From Patescibacteria group bacterium (GTDB lineage Bacteria; Patescibacteriota; Microgenomatia; UBA10105; UBA927), in assembly GCA_035510735.1 (NCBI GenBank), contig DATKGN010000004.1:243810-307809 (forward strand): a DNA stretch of 64,000 nucleotides, written 5' to 3'. The number at the start of each line of letters is the position of its first letter. Within the stretch, counting starts at the first letter, position 1. This document shows positions 39,027-48,414 of this stretch, piece after piece. The translations under genes were made by a program, and so were the position numbers. The notes beneath the pieces are model-generated. The model saw only the letters and a list, made by a program, of their open reading frames with translations, was not told the DNA's origin and ran no database searches.

Positions 39027-40508
39027 TTATACCTTTTCTGTCACGCGGTATTCCAATCGTTTCCCGAGAATCATGCGCGTATGTGCGTCCAGGCCTGGAA
39101 GCGCCGAAAGAAAGAAGGAAACAATCGGCACTGTAATCCATTGGAGGTAGAGGAACGGGAGTTTCCATGAAGTGAATTCTTTCGGCCGTGGAGGTTTCGT
39201 ACGCCAATCGAGAATGATGATAATCAAGAGAAAAATTAAGGATAATGTGAGAATGCCCGATGAAAGCTGGGCCAGATTGTGACCGAGGACCGTACGGCTG
39301 AATGCCTGGTTGACGAGAGGCGGGAGGACGCTTCCGATGGTGAGAATAAACCAATTTGACGGCCAAAATACATGTTGTTCGAGTAGGTTAAGTGTACGGC
39401 GCATCCTATCTCCTGCCGGGATTTCATTATGGATAAATGCATTTTGCATAACGAACGGTATATCCGATATACCCCAGGCCCATCGTTTGGACTGTTCATA
39501 TTGGTTGACCATTGTACGCCAGAATCCATGACTCTCTGCGGCATCAAGGAGTAGCGGTAAAAAGATGCTTTTCGTACTTACCTTTTCTCCGAGTGCGAAA
39601 TAGACCTTAAAGAACATGTGATAATCTTCAGGAATGACATCTGTGCCCCAATATCCGGCTTTGACGGCGGTCGCAAAAGATAGTGAGTAGGTTGAGAAAT
39701 TAATCAGTTTATTTTTTTGTGAAAGTATTGCAAGGTTTGAAATGCTGAACATGGTATTGACGACCCGGCTCGGGAGCGGGATACGCCAAATATTGTTGTA
39801 AAAAAGAATGGCACCCTGGTAAAAATGATAGTCGCGATCAGGATCCGTCAAAAAAAGATGAGAAAGGTAGGAAAAATATTTCGGGTGAATAAGCGCATCG
39901 GCGTCGCACGAGGTTACAGTGACAAATGCCAGTGGAATTTTCCATGATTTTAGTTTAGAAACGATTGACCGTGCGGCGAACGCCATGTTAGATGATTTTC
40001 CCGCAACTTCTCCAGCTTTCAATAGATGTTTTGTAACGATAAATTTTCCGAATTGCGGCGTAAACTCTTTTTGTAATAGTGATGTCGTTTCTTGGGAGAG
40101 TGTGTCTTTTCCTTCAGTTGCAAGTACGATAATAAGCCTTTCCTTCGGGAAATCCTGTTTTGCAAGAGATTCCAACGTCCGCTGTAAAATATGAATCGGC
40201 TCCCTGTATTCAGGGATAATGATGACGTGATACAGTTTGTTAAACGATTCCTGCATTTTGGCAAGCGCGAGCCAGTCTATCTTTACGTGTGCGTTCATCG
40301 TGACAAAAGACTTGATTGCGTGAAGCGCAAGTGTAAATGATTTATAAAACCAGAATACGTCGAAAGTGATAATGAGATACGCAACGAGCGCCGGGTGCCA
40401 AAAGGAGAGCCATAATGGCATTGTGATAAGAAACCATGACAGGCTCGGAACGACTATTTCCATCAGCCGCATGGTGAATGTTGGATGACGTATGAATAAT
40501 TGGCGCAT
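39027..40508 (-). CDS. Processive GT2-family glycosyltransferase (cellulose/chitin-synthase-like)
   Basis: D,D,D35Q(R)xRW architecture: TSCDAD, and YEQSKRWAWG (QxxRW). N- and C-terminal TM helices. Confidence 0.75.
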   Translation of the reverse strand: MRQLFIRHPTFTMRLMEIVVPSLSWFLITMPLWLSFWHPALVAYLIITFDVFWFYKSFTLALHAIKSFVTMNAHVKIDWLALAKMQESFNKLYHVIIIPEYREPIHILQRTLESLAKQDFPKERLIIVLATEGKDTLSQETTSLLQKEFTPQFGKFIVTKHLLKAGEVAGKSSNMAFAARSIVSKLKSWKIPLAFVTVTSCDADALIHPKYFSYLSHLFLTDPDRDYHFYQGAILFYNNIWRIPLPSRVVNTMFSISNLAILSQKNKLINFSTYSLSFATAVKAGYWGTDVIPEDYHMFFKVYFALGEKVSTKSIFLPLLLDAAESHGFWRTMVNQYEQSKRWAWGISDIPFVMQNAFIHNEIPAGDRMRRTLNLLEQHVFWPSNWFILTIGSVLPPLVNQAFSRTVLGHNLAQLSSGILTLSLIFLLIIIILDWRTKPPRPKEFTSWKLPFLYLQWITVPIVSFFLSALPGLDAHTRMILGKRLEYRVTEKV

Positions 40509-40604
40509 ATTAACAACCCAAGTGATTCGCTACATTATACCATTGTGAGGTAAATTTGTTGCCTCATTATGGACAGGAATAACGAAGGATGTGGTCATAA
40601 CGGT

Positions 40605-41444
40605 TTATGTCGGGAGTGTAAACAGCGTCCGGGCGTTTTTGGTTGTTTGCTCTTCTACTTCAGTGTAGGGGATATTGAGCAATTCCGCAATTTTGTGGGC
40701 CACGAGCGGAATGTTTTTGGGTTCATTCCGCTGCCCGCGGTGGGGGATGGGGGTCAAATACGGCGAATCGGTTTCCAAAAGTATCATAGAAAGCGGGATT
40801 GACGGGACAATGAGTTGCAGTTGTTTTGAAAAGGTGAGATTGCCGTCGATGCCGACAAATAGATTTCTTCGTTTCGCTTCACGAAGGTCCTGAAGCCCGC
40901 CGGAGAAACAATGAATGACCCCTCGCGGCATGGTTGGGACATTGTCCATGACGTCAAAGAAGTCTTCATACGCATCGCGGCAGTGCATGATCACCGGCAG
41001 ATTATGGTTGAGGGCAATGCGGAGTTGTTCCTCAAACAGAATTTTTTGTTCCTGTTTTTTCCCGGCGGCCACCTCGCCCTTAAATAAATGGTAATCCAGG
41101 CCGATCTCGCCGATTGCTATTATTGTCATTCCAGGCTTGACCTGGAATCCATCTTTGTTATTGCCCGAATCGGGATCCCGGATCGGGGTCCGGGATGACA
41201 ATATTAATTGTTCAAGAGCGTTAAGATCGTGTTCATGTGACGCTTCATATGGGTGAAAGCCGATACTTGCGAAAACAACACCAGCATTATTTCTCGCAAG
41301 TTGTATTGCAAGCGTCGAAGAAAACATATCAACGCCGGGACAGATAAACTGTTTGACCCCGGCTTTTTTGGCATTCCCGATGACCATGGCACGGTCGTCA
41401 TTGAACTGTTCAAACATGAGGTGACAGTGGGTGTCGATGAACAT
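40605..41444 (-). CDS. tatD: TatD-family metal-dependent hydrolase/DNase, with an in-frame repeat insertion
   Basis: MFIDTHCHL start and IAIGEIGLDY. The tracked ORF extends to 41582 through repeat copy D; the likely true start is ATG 41444. A 25-residue insert is encoded by repeat copy C. Confidence 0.78.
   Translation of the reverse strand: MFIDTHCHLMFEQFNDDRAMVIGNAKKAGVKQFICPGVDMFSSTLAIQLARNNAGVVFASIGFHPYEASHEHDLNALEQLILSSRTPIRDPDSGNNKDGFQVKPGMTIIAIGEIGLDYHLFKGEVAAGKKQEQKILFEEQLRIALNHNLPVIMHCRDAYEDFFDVMDNVPTMPRGVIHCFSGGLQDLREAKRRNLFVGIDGNLTFSKQLQLIVPSIPLSMILLETDSPYLTPIPHRGQRNEPKNIPLVAHKIAELLNIPYTEVEEQTTKNARTLFTLPT
41124..41200. repeat. MITE-like palindromic element family 1, copy C (77 bp), in frame within tatD
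   Basis: TGTCATTCC-AGGCTTGACCTGGAATC...ATCCCGGATCGGGGTCCGGGATGACA. Encodes SRTPIRDPDSGNNKDGFQVKPGMT. Confidence 0.7.
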
Positions 41445-41473
41445 ATATTTTATTGTCATTCCCGCGAAGGCGG

Positions 41474-41540
41474 GAATCTCGAATTCAAAAACTGGATCCC
41501 CGATCAGGTCAGGGATGACATTATTATTGAATCCTCGGGA
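41474..41540. repeat. MITE-like palindromic element family 1, copy D (67 bp), at the metG 3' end / tatD 5' junction
   Basis: TGTCATTCC-CGCGAAGGCGGGAATC...GGATCCCCGATCAGGTCAGGGATGACA. Overlaps the last about 17 nt of the metG ORF. Confidence 0.7.
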
Positions 41541-43062
41541 ACAAGGGCGGCTGGGATGTAATAGGTGTCCCTTGCTGAACATTTACCCAGCTGTCTTTAT
41601 AATTGGGATTTTTCGTCAATAACGCTTTACTGCCTAATATTGTTGCGATTTTTTGGGCCGTTGCCGGCAGAAAGGGATATATTTGCCACGCGACCTGATT
41701 TAGGCTGTCTGCCAAACCATATAATACCCAGTTAAGAGATTTTTTATCGGTTTTTGCTAATCGCCATGGTTGATTGACGTCAATATATTTATCAGCCTCT
41801 TTTATGAAATTCCAAATAGCTGTTAACCCTTCACTAAATTGGTACGCTTGTATGGCACGATCGAAATCAGACCATGCCTTTTTCCAATTATATATGTGTT
41901 CATCGGTCCGTAACGGGTGGGTTTCCGGATCCTGATCGATTGTTGGGATTTTTCCCTCGCAATACTTATCTATCATCGTGGTAATGCGGCTGGTAATATT
42001 GCCTAATCCATTCGCGAGATCTGCATTATACAATTCTTTAAATCTTCGTTCGGAAAAATCACCGTCACTGGTTGACGGAATTTCGCGCAAAAAATAATAG
42101 CGTACGGGGTCGGCTCCATATTTATTTATTAATTCGACCGGATCAATCACGTTGCCGAGGGTTTTACTCATTTTTTGGCCGTTTAATGTGAAATATCCGT
42201 GAATGAATACGGATTTTGGTAGTTTGAGTCCTGCGGAAAGTAAAAATGCCGGCCAGTAGACCGTATGAAACCGGTTAATACCTTTGCCGATCATATGTAC
42301 ATCGGCCGGCCACCATTTCTTGTATTTTTCATCATTCCACCCGAATCCGACGCCGGATTGATAAATGTTTAAGGCATCAAACCAGACGTACATCCTCTGT
42401 GTTGGATCTTCGGGAACTGGGACGCCCCAATTTTTTGCGCGTGCATTACTTCGGGAAACACTTATATTCAACAAAGGTTGTTTAAGAAAAGAAAGAATTT
42501 CATTTTTCCGGAAATCCGGAATAATTTTTATCGTATCTTCCGAGATAAGTTTGATGAGCTGTTTCTGATATGAGGAGAGGCGGAAAAAATAATTTTCCTC
42601 TTTCACCGTTTCCAATTTTTTTCCGGGGTGTTCGAAACATTCGCCGTTTTCATTGAGTTCATCTTTCGTATAAAATGCTTCACATCCGACACAATATAAT
42701 CCTTCATATGATTTTTTATAAATATCTTTTTTACACAAGTTCCACAGTTTCTGGCTTGCTTTGAAATGGTGGTAGACGTCGCTTCCTTTTTGCCAGACGT
42801 TGAAATCGCAGTTTAAGGCCTTCGTTAAATCGAAAAATTTCTGCGTATTATCGTCAATAAATTTTTGCACCGGAACGCCTGCTTTCTCCGCGGCCTGAAC
42901 ATTTTTGAGGGCGTTTTCATCTCCGCCCGAGAGGAGGAGTGTCTCATCTCCTAATAATTTGTGATAGCGGGCGACAACGTCTCCCTGCACGAATTCGAGC
43001 GCGTGCCCGATGTGTGGAGCTGCATTGACGTAGGGGATAGAGCAGGTGACGTAGAATTTCAT
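41524..43062 (-). CDS. metG: Methionine--tRNA ligase
   Basis: HIGH motif (PYVNAAPHIGHA), KMSKTLGN (KMSKS), and zinc knuckle CVGCEAFYTKDELNENGEC. Confidence 0.92.
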   Translation of the reverse strand: MKFYVTCSIPYVNAAPHIGHALEFVQGDVVARYHKLLGDETLLLSGGDENALKNVQAAEKAGVPVQKFIDDNTQKFFDLTKALNCDFNVWQKGSDVYHHFKASQKLWNLCKKDIYKKSYEGLYCVGCEAFYTKDELNENGECFEHPGKKLETVKEENYFFRLSSYQKQLIKLISEDTIKIIPDFRKNEILSFLKQPLLNISVSRSNARAKNWGVPVPEDPTQRMYVWFDALNIYQSGVGFGWNDEKYKKWWPADVHMIGKGINRFHTVYWPAFLLSAGLKLPKSVFIHGYFTLNGQKMSKTLGNVIDPVELINKYGADPVRYYFLREIPSTSDGDFSERRFKELYNADLANGLGNITSRITTMIDKYCEGKIPTIDQDPETHPLRTDEHIYNWKKAWSDFDRAIQAYQFSEGLTAIWNFIKEADKYIDVNQPWRLAKTDKKSLNWVLYGLADSLNQVAWQIYPFLPATAQKIATILGSKALLTKNPNYKDSWVNVQQGTPITSQPPLFPRIQ

Positions 43063-43074
43063 TATGTGGTCATT

Positions 43075-43410
43075 CTATCGTTTTTGCATGTATACCTCAA
43101 GGGAAATGAGGCAGGCGAGCAGTAGAATGGAATAATACAGATCTCTGAGCCCAAGGAAGCGGAGTAAAAAAAAGACGAATACCCCACCACCAACCAGAAT
43201 GGAACGTCGTACAATATTTGTTATAAATAATGTGAGACTGAACGTCGTTGCGAAAACTAAGAGAAAAAACGCCCCAAGCGGAACGATGAAGTCCGGGTCC
43301 TGGGTATTTATTAACCAGCCTAAGCCGCTTAAGCCGCAGATTCCGATTATAAGCCAGATTACATTATGGTTTGTGTGACCATGGAGCCTTGGCGCATCAT
43401 GTAATTCCAT
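43075..43410 (-). CDS. Small membrane protein
   Basis: 111 aa with 3 TM helices. Confidence 0.35.
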   Translation of the reverse strand: MELHDAPRLHGHTNHNVIWLIIGICGLSGLGWLINTQDPDFIVPLGAFFLLVFATTFSLTLFITNIVRRSILVGGGVFVFFLLRFLGLRDLYYSILLLACLISLEVYMQKR

Positions 43411-43432
43411 AAATCTAGCGTATCACATCGTC

Positions 43433-44467
43433 ATGTGGTATCGTGTGATCATCATGAATGACTTCATTATTATAATAGCAATCAATCTCCTTGGATTTAC
43501 CGTATTGGTATGGATTATCAAACATGAGCTCTCAAAACTCAATAAGAGCGGCGACGAAACGCTTGTGGCATGGCTCAAGAGCATGCAGGTGACGATTGAG
43601 CATACTAATAAGACATTAAACGACGCTATGCGCGGGACCTCGGTCGAGATGACGAGAACGCTGCAGTCGAACTCCCGGCAGCTTAATGAGAGGCTCGATG
43701 AGGCTGCCCGTGTGATCGGTGCGCTCAATAAAAACGTCGGGGAAATGTCGGAGGTCGGCCGCGGCATCAGGTCACTTCAGGAATTTCTTCAGTCGCCGAA
43801 ACTCCGCGGCAACATCGGTGAACAGGTCCTTAAAGATATGATCGGACAATCATTTCCCAAACAATCATTTCATTTACAGTATGCGTTTAAATCCGGAGTC
43901 AAAGTCGATGCAGTTCTCAAAACCGACGCAGGGCTTCTCTGTATCGATTCAAAATTCCCGATGGAAAATTTTACTCTTTTGCATAACGGAGAGACCGAAG
44001 CTATCCGTAATCAGGCAAAGCGCGATTTTATCTCTGACGTAAAAAAACATGTGAGCGATATCAGTAAGAAATATATATTACCCGAAGAAGGGACGATGGA
44101 TTTTGCCCTTATGTACATTCCGTCGGAATCAGTTTACTACGAAATAGCCAATATAAATGACCTCATGGAATTTGCCAGAGGCCAGAGGGTTTATCCGGTT
44201 TCGCCCAACACGCTTTATGCGCATCTCCAAGTGTTACTCTTATCATTTCAGGGAAAAGAGCTTGAACTGAAATCAAGGGAAATCTTCCGCTTGCTTCGTG
44301 CAATACAAAAGGATTATGAGAAAGTCGAAGATAATCTGAGTGTTCTTGGTAAACATGTCGGAAATGCTTATAATACAATGGGAAATGTCACAAGCGCATT
44401 TAATCTTTTGGGACAAAAACTCACACGGACGCAAAATTTCCGTGAGTTATCCGAAGAACACGCATAA
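43433..44467 (+). CDS. rmuC: DNA recombination protein RmuC
   Basis: N-terminal TM/coiled coil and the RmuC core LQSPKLRGNIGEQVLKDMIGQ...FPMENF...FALMYIPSESVYYE. Confidence 0.8.
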   Translation: MWYRVIIMNDFIIIIAINLLGFTVLVWIIKHELSKLNKSGDETLVAWLKSMQVTIEHTNKTLNDAMRGTSVEMTRTLQSNSRQLNERLDEAARVIGALNKNVGEMSEVGRGIRSLQEFLQSPKLRGNIGEQVLKDMIGQSFPKQSFHLQYAFKSGVKVDAVLKTDAGLLCIDSKFPMENFTLLHNGETEAIRNQAKRDFISDVKKHVSDISKKYILPEEGTMDFALMYIPSESVYYEIANINDLMEFARGQRVYPVSPNTLYAHLQVLLLSFQGKELELKSREIFRLLRAIQKDYEKVEDNLSVLGKHVGNAYNTMGNVTSAFNLLGQKLTRTQNFRELSEEHA

Positions 44468-44485
44468 TCGTATTTCCAATATTCT

Positions 44486-45379
44486 ATGTTGCAGGGACAA
44501 TTAGTTAAAACCATCACCTCTGACGGATTAGAGTTATCAGGATTTTGGATGGACCAAAAGAGTGAGGTTGCCGTTTTATATTCCCACGGAACAGCTGGGG
44601 ATTTTTATACTCACAAATTTATTGAAGTTGTGGGAGAACAATTGGCTTCCCAAAAAATTTCATTCCTCACCGCCAACAATCGCGGACATGATGTATTCGC
44701 AGATATCAGAAAGCATAACGGGGAACAAATTGATTGGGTCCAAGTTGGTGGTGCGTATGAGAAATTTGAGGATTCACTTTTTGATATAGCGGCCTGGGTC
44801 GAATTTCTATCAAAACATGGAGTAAAGAAAATTATCTTACAGGGTCACAGCCTCGGACCAAATAAAAATATTTTTTATCAATATAAAAAACAGGACCCGC
44901 GCATTATCGCCTTTATTCACCTGTCTCCGCAAAACGATGCGGGTTTGATGAGACATAAATTCGGAGAAGAAAAATATAAGTCAGTTAACCAAATGATTGC
45001 GAAAAAACTTGAGGAAGGAAAAGCCCGTGAAATGCTTCCCGATGAGTTTATCGAGGTGTGCCCGATATCCGTCGGAGCATACTCAGGATATTTTATGGAA
45101 GACGGAGTCGGCAATTTATTTCCATATCTTAGTCCCGATAATCCGAACTGGCGGGTTCTAGGGTCGATTAAAGAACCGCAGCTTCTTATATACGGAGAGA
45201 AAGATATATATATTTTGCCGTCCGTAGCGGATGCTGTGAAGATTTTCGGTAGTAAGGTTAAAAATTCCCAGAGTTTCACATCAAAAATAATAACAAACGC
45301 ATCGCATAGTTATGTGGGATACGAAAAAGAGTTAACGGACGAAATCATGAAATGGATAAAGCAAATGAAGCTGGTATGA
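44486..45379 (+). CDS. Alpha/beta-hydrolase (paralogue of 29112..29996)
   Basis: SHGTAGDFYTHKF...NNRGHD and the elbow LQGHSLGPN. Confidence 0.55.
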   Translation: MLQGQLVKTITSDGLELSGFWMDQKSEVAVLYSHGTAGDFYTHKFIEVVGEQLASQKISFLTANNRGHDVFADIRKHNGEQIDWVQVGGAYEKFEDSLFDIAAWVEFLSKHGVKKIILQGHSLGPNKNIFYQYKKQDPRIIAFIHLSPQNDAGLMRHKFGEEKYKSVNQMIAKKLEEGKAREMLPDEFIEVCPISVGAYSGYFMEDGVGNLFPYLSPDNPNWRVLGSIKEPQLLIYGEKDIYILPSVADAVKIFGSKVKNSQSFTSKIITNASHSYVGYEKELTDEIMKWIKQMKLV

Positions 45380-45957
45380 GAACGATTTTTATTATCCATG
45401 GAAGCTATGGCAACCCGCAAGAAAACTGGCTTCCCTGGTTAAAAAAAGAACTGGAAAAATTAGGGTATCGCGTATTTGTTCCAGAATTCCCTATTCCTAA
45501 AAATCAGGATTTGGCATACGGAGGTCACGATCTGTCCGCCTGGCTTGCTACTCTTAAAGAGTACGAACAATATATTGATGAACATACGATATTCGTCGCA
45601 CATAGTCGCGGGTGCATATTTATGTACCGGGTATTAGAGCAAATTAAACGTCCGGTTGCAGCAGTTTTTTTGGTTGGACCATGGATTACCTACCGATGGT
45701 ATCCGAAGGGATGGAATAAAATTGACTCTTTTCACGAGAAGCCATTTGATTGGGACAAAATAAAAAAGGGAAGCAGGTATTTTGAGATTTACCAATCAAC
45801 GAATGATGATACGCCGGTTACTGAGGGGAAAGATTTGGCTCAAAAATTAGATGCACAATTAATAATTGTTAAAGACGCTGGGCATTTTAACGTGGCATAT
45901 CATCCACGATTTAAGAAATTTGACCAATTGTTGGAAAATATAAAAAATAAATTATGA
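45352..45957 (+). CDS. YdeN/RBBP9-like serine hydrolase (PF06821-type), paralogue 1
   Basis: FIIHGSYGNPQENWLPWLKKEL and FVAHSRGC match B. subtilis YdeN YIIHGY...HWFPWLKKRL...LVAHSLGC. 201 aa. Confidence 0.7.
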   Translation: MDKANEAGMRTIFIIHGSYGNPQENWLPWLKKELEKLGYRVFVPEFPIPKNQDLAYGGHDLSAWLATLKEYEQYIDEHTIFVAHSRGCIFMYRVLEQIKRPVAAVFLVGPWITYRWYPKGWNKIDSFHEKPFDWDKIKKGSRYFEIYQSTNDDTPVTEGKDLAQKLDAQLIIVKDAGHFNVAYHPRFKKFDQLLENIKNKL

Positions 45958-47135
45958 AATTTGTATTATTTCACGGATCGTTCGGAAACCCTGAGGAAAA
46001 TTGGTTTCCTCAGCTTAAAGAACAATTGCAATTACTTGATCAGGAGGTCGTCGTCCCCACTTTCCCGTGCGATGATTGGGATGAACTGACGAAAGCGGGG
46101 CTGTCAGCGCCTCCGAAACATCAGAGTCTTGAGAATTGGTTTAAAGCATTCGACGAGATGTATAAAACGTTTGATAAAAATGAGAAACTTTGTTTTATCG
46201 GCCACTCGCTGGGGCCGCTGTTTATACTCCATGTGGTTGAGCGATACAATATCCAACTGGATTCTGCTATTTTTATCAGCCCGTTTATGTCCAAGCTCAA
46301 CAAACCCTGGCAATTTGACCATGTAAACGCGCCGTTTTACAAAACGGATTTTGATTATGAAAAACTCCGCAAACGTATTCCTGTTTCCTATGTGTTGTAT
46401 TCAGACAGCGATCCCTATGTTGAACGGGAGCAGCCCGTCAAATTTGCAGAACCATTACATAGTTCAATAATTCTTGTTAAGAAGGCGGGTCATTTGAATG
46501 CCGCCGTGAATTTAAACGAATTTCCCTTAGTATATGAGTTATGTAAATCTAGGTTGGATTTAAGCTTATACCAGCACTATATCGATCACCGACGGCAGTT
46601 GTTTGCGACGAATTATCTCAAAGGACGCCATGAAGAGGTTGTGTATCTCAAGCCGGAAGAAATATTTGATGAGGGATTGTTTCATTTTCGGAATTTGAGT
46701 AAGAAAGGATTCTGCACGTTTTTTACCGGTCTGTCACTTTGGGAAACACAGAGCGAATATTATAAAGAAGCGAGAAAAGCAGCCCTAAGAGTCAAAGATT
46801 TTACCCGCGTGTTTGTTGTTCAGGATTTGGACGATTTGAAACGTACAATATTATTACAACAAATCGATTTGGATTTGAAGGCCGGAATTAAAATATTTCT
46901 TGTCATGATGCAGGATATTGAAAAAGAGGTACGTGAGCTCGATTTTGGGATTTGGGATAATGATTATTTGTGTGTTGTGCGGTTTAATAAGGAAAAACAG
47001 GTTGAAGTGAAGTTAAGTAGTAGAAAACAGGATATTCTTGAAGCCGAAAAGTGGGAAAAAATTATTTTGGCAAAAGCGGAAAAAATTACGGGTATTGATA
47101 ACGACATCAATACGTTTATAAAAAAACACTCATGA
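45954..47135 (+). CDS. YdeN/RBBP9-like serine hydrolase with about 190 aa C-terminal extension, paralogue 2
   Basis: VLFHGSFGNPEENWFPQLKEQL and FIGHSLGP. The extra C-terminal domain is of unknown function. Start overlaps the previous stop. Confidence 0.6.
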   Translation: MKFVLFHGSFGNPEENWFPQLKEQLQLLDQEVVVPTFPCDDWDELTKAGLSAPPKHQSLENWFKAFDEMYKTFDKNEKLCFIGHSLGPLFILHVVERYNIQLDSAIFISPFMSKLNKPWQFDHVNAPFYKTDFDYEKLRKRIPVSYVLYSDSDPYVEREQPVKFAEPLHSSIILVKKAGHLNAAVNLNEFPLVYELCKSRLDLSLYQHYIDHRRQLFATNYLKGRHEEVVYLKPEEIFDEGLFHFRNLSKKGFCTFFTGLSLWETQSEYYKEARKAALRVKDFTRVFVVQDLDDLKRTILLQQIDLDLKAGIKIFLVMMQDIEKEVRELDFGIWDNDYLCVVRFNKEKQVEVKLSSRKQDILEAEKWEKIILAKAEKITGIDNDINTFIKKHS

Positions 47136-47761
47136 CATTTGTTTTTATTCATGCATCATTCGGATCGCCAGAAGAGGCGTGGTTTCCATGGCTTAAGAAA
47201 GAATTAGAAGGGTTAGGTCATGAAGTATTTGCACCCCGATTACCGACAGATGAGTGGTCGAAAGTCACAAAATTACCCGTTGCAGAATACCGATCGAGTC
47301 AAAATCTGACGGTATGGACAGAGTCATTCGAAAAACTTCTACCGAAAATACAAAATCACAAAGAACTCTGTTTTGTGGGTCATTCACTTGGTCCGATGTT
47401 TATCCTTTTTATGGTTGAAAAGTGCGGATTATACGCAAAAAATGCGTATTTTATTGCTCCGTTTTTCCATCCGGCAACTGAGGAAGAGTTAAAGGATAAA
47501 TCGGCAGCCCTGATCCATAAAGCGAATATAACGTTTTATTATCATGATTTCGATTTTGCACGTCTTCGATCGTTAATCCCTCAATCAACGGTTATTTATA
47601 GTGACGATGATCCGAATGTCCACGAGTGGGAGGCGCTCGAGTTCGCAGAAAAATTAGGGAGTAAAACGATTAAACTGACCGGATTGGGACATATGGGAAT
47701 AGAATCACATCTTTTCAAGTTTCCGCAACTCCTTAATGCAATAAAACGGGACAATCCGTAA
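47132..47761 (+). CDS. YdeN/RBBP9-like serine hydrolase, paralogue 3
   Basis: VFIHASFGSPEEAWFPWLKKEL and FVGHSLGP. 4 bp overlap with the upstream gene. Confidence 0.7.
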   Translation: MTFVFIHASFGSPEEAWFPWLKKELEGLGHEVFAPRLPTDEWSKVTKLPVAEYRSSQNLTVWTESFEKLLPKIQNHKELCFVGHSLGPMFILFMVEKCGLYAKNAYFIAPFFHPATEEELKDKSAALIHKANITFYYHDFDFARLRSLIPQSTVIYSDDDPNVHEWEALEFAEKLGSKTIKLTGLGHMGIESHLFKFPQLLNAIKRDNP

Positions 47762-47775
47762 TATAATAACCCCAC

Positions 47776-48414
47776 ATGACATTCTTATTCATTCACGGTA
47801 CTTTTGAATCACCAAATAATGCTTGGTTTCCGTGGTTGAAAAACGAGTTACAAAAGATGGGCCATATTGTGATAGCGCCGCAATTTCCGGTGGACAAATG
47901 GTCGGAGATATCCAAGCAGCCTGTGTCCGAATACGCTCCTACGCAACAATTAGGTGCATGGTTTGATGTTTTCGAAAAGATTCGTAACACTATTAAACCG
48001 GATACAAAATTATGTATTGTTGCCCATTCATTAGGCCCCGTGTTTACGTTACTCGTCGCTCAAAAATATTCTATGCAATTAGCGAATGCATATTTTATTG
48101 CGCCGTTTTTTGAGGTGTACGGGAAATCCGACTATATTGAAAAGGCAAACGATTCGTTTTATCATCAACAATTCGATTTTCCCAAACTACGGAGGCTTAT
48201 TCCAAATTCAACTGTTCTGTACAGTGATAACGATCCATATATTGATAAACTTAAATCTGTAGAATTTCGGGAAAAATTGAAGAGCAAGATTGTAAGGTTA
48301 CACGGGTTAGGTCATATGGGATCGGAATCGGGCATGAAGGACTTTCCCCAATTACTCGATCTGATCAAACAAGATAGTAATATAATAACCCGACATGACA
48401 AAAGTATCCGTTGA
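47776..48414 (+). CDS. YdeN/RBBP9-like serine hydrolase, paralogue 4
   Basis: LFIHGTFESPNNAWFPWLKNEL and IVAHSLGP. Confidence 0.7.
   Translation: MTFLFIHGTFESPNNAWFPWLKNELQKMGHIVIAPQFPVDKWSEISKQPVSEYAPTQQLGAWFDVFEKIRNTIKPDTKLCIVAHSLGPVFTLLVAQKYSMQLANAYFIAPFFEVYGKSDYIEKANDSFYHQQFDFPKLRRLIPNSTVLYSDNDPYIDKLKSVEFREKLKSKIVRLHGLGHMGSESGMKDFPQLLDLIKQDSNIITRHDKSIR

Noticed and set aside
41445-41582. 46-codon N-terminal extension of the tatD ORF
   Set aside because: It is a read-through of palindromic element copy D and the metG 3' end. The conserved TatD start MFIDTHCHL begins at 41444.
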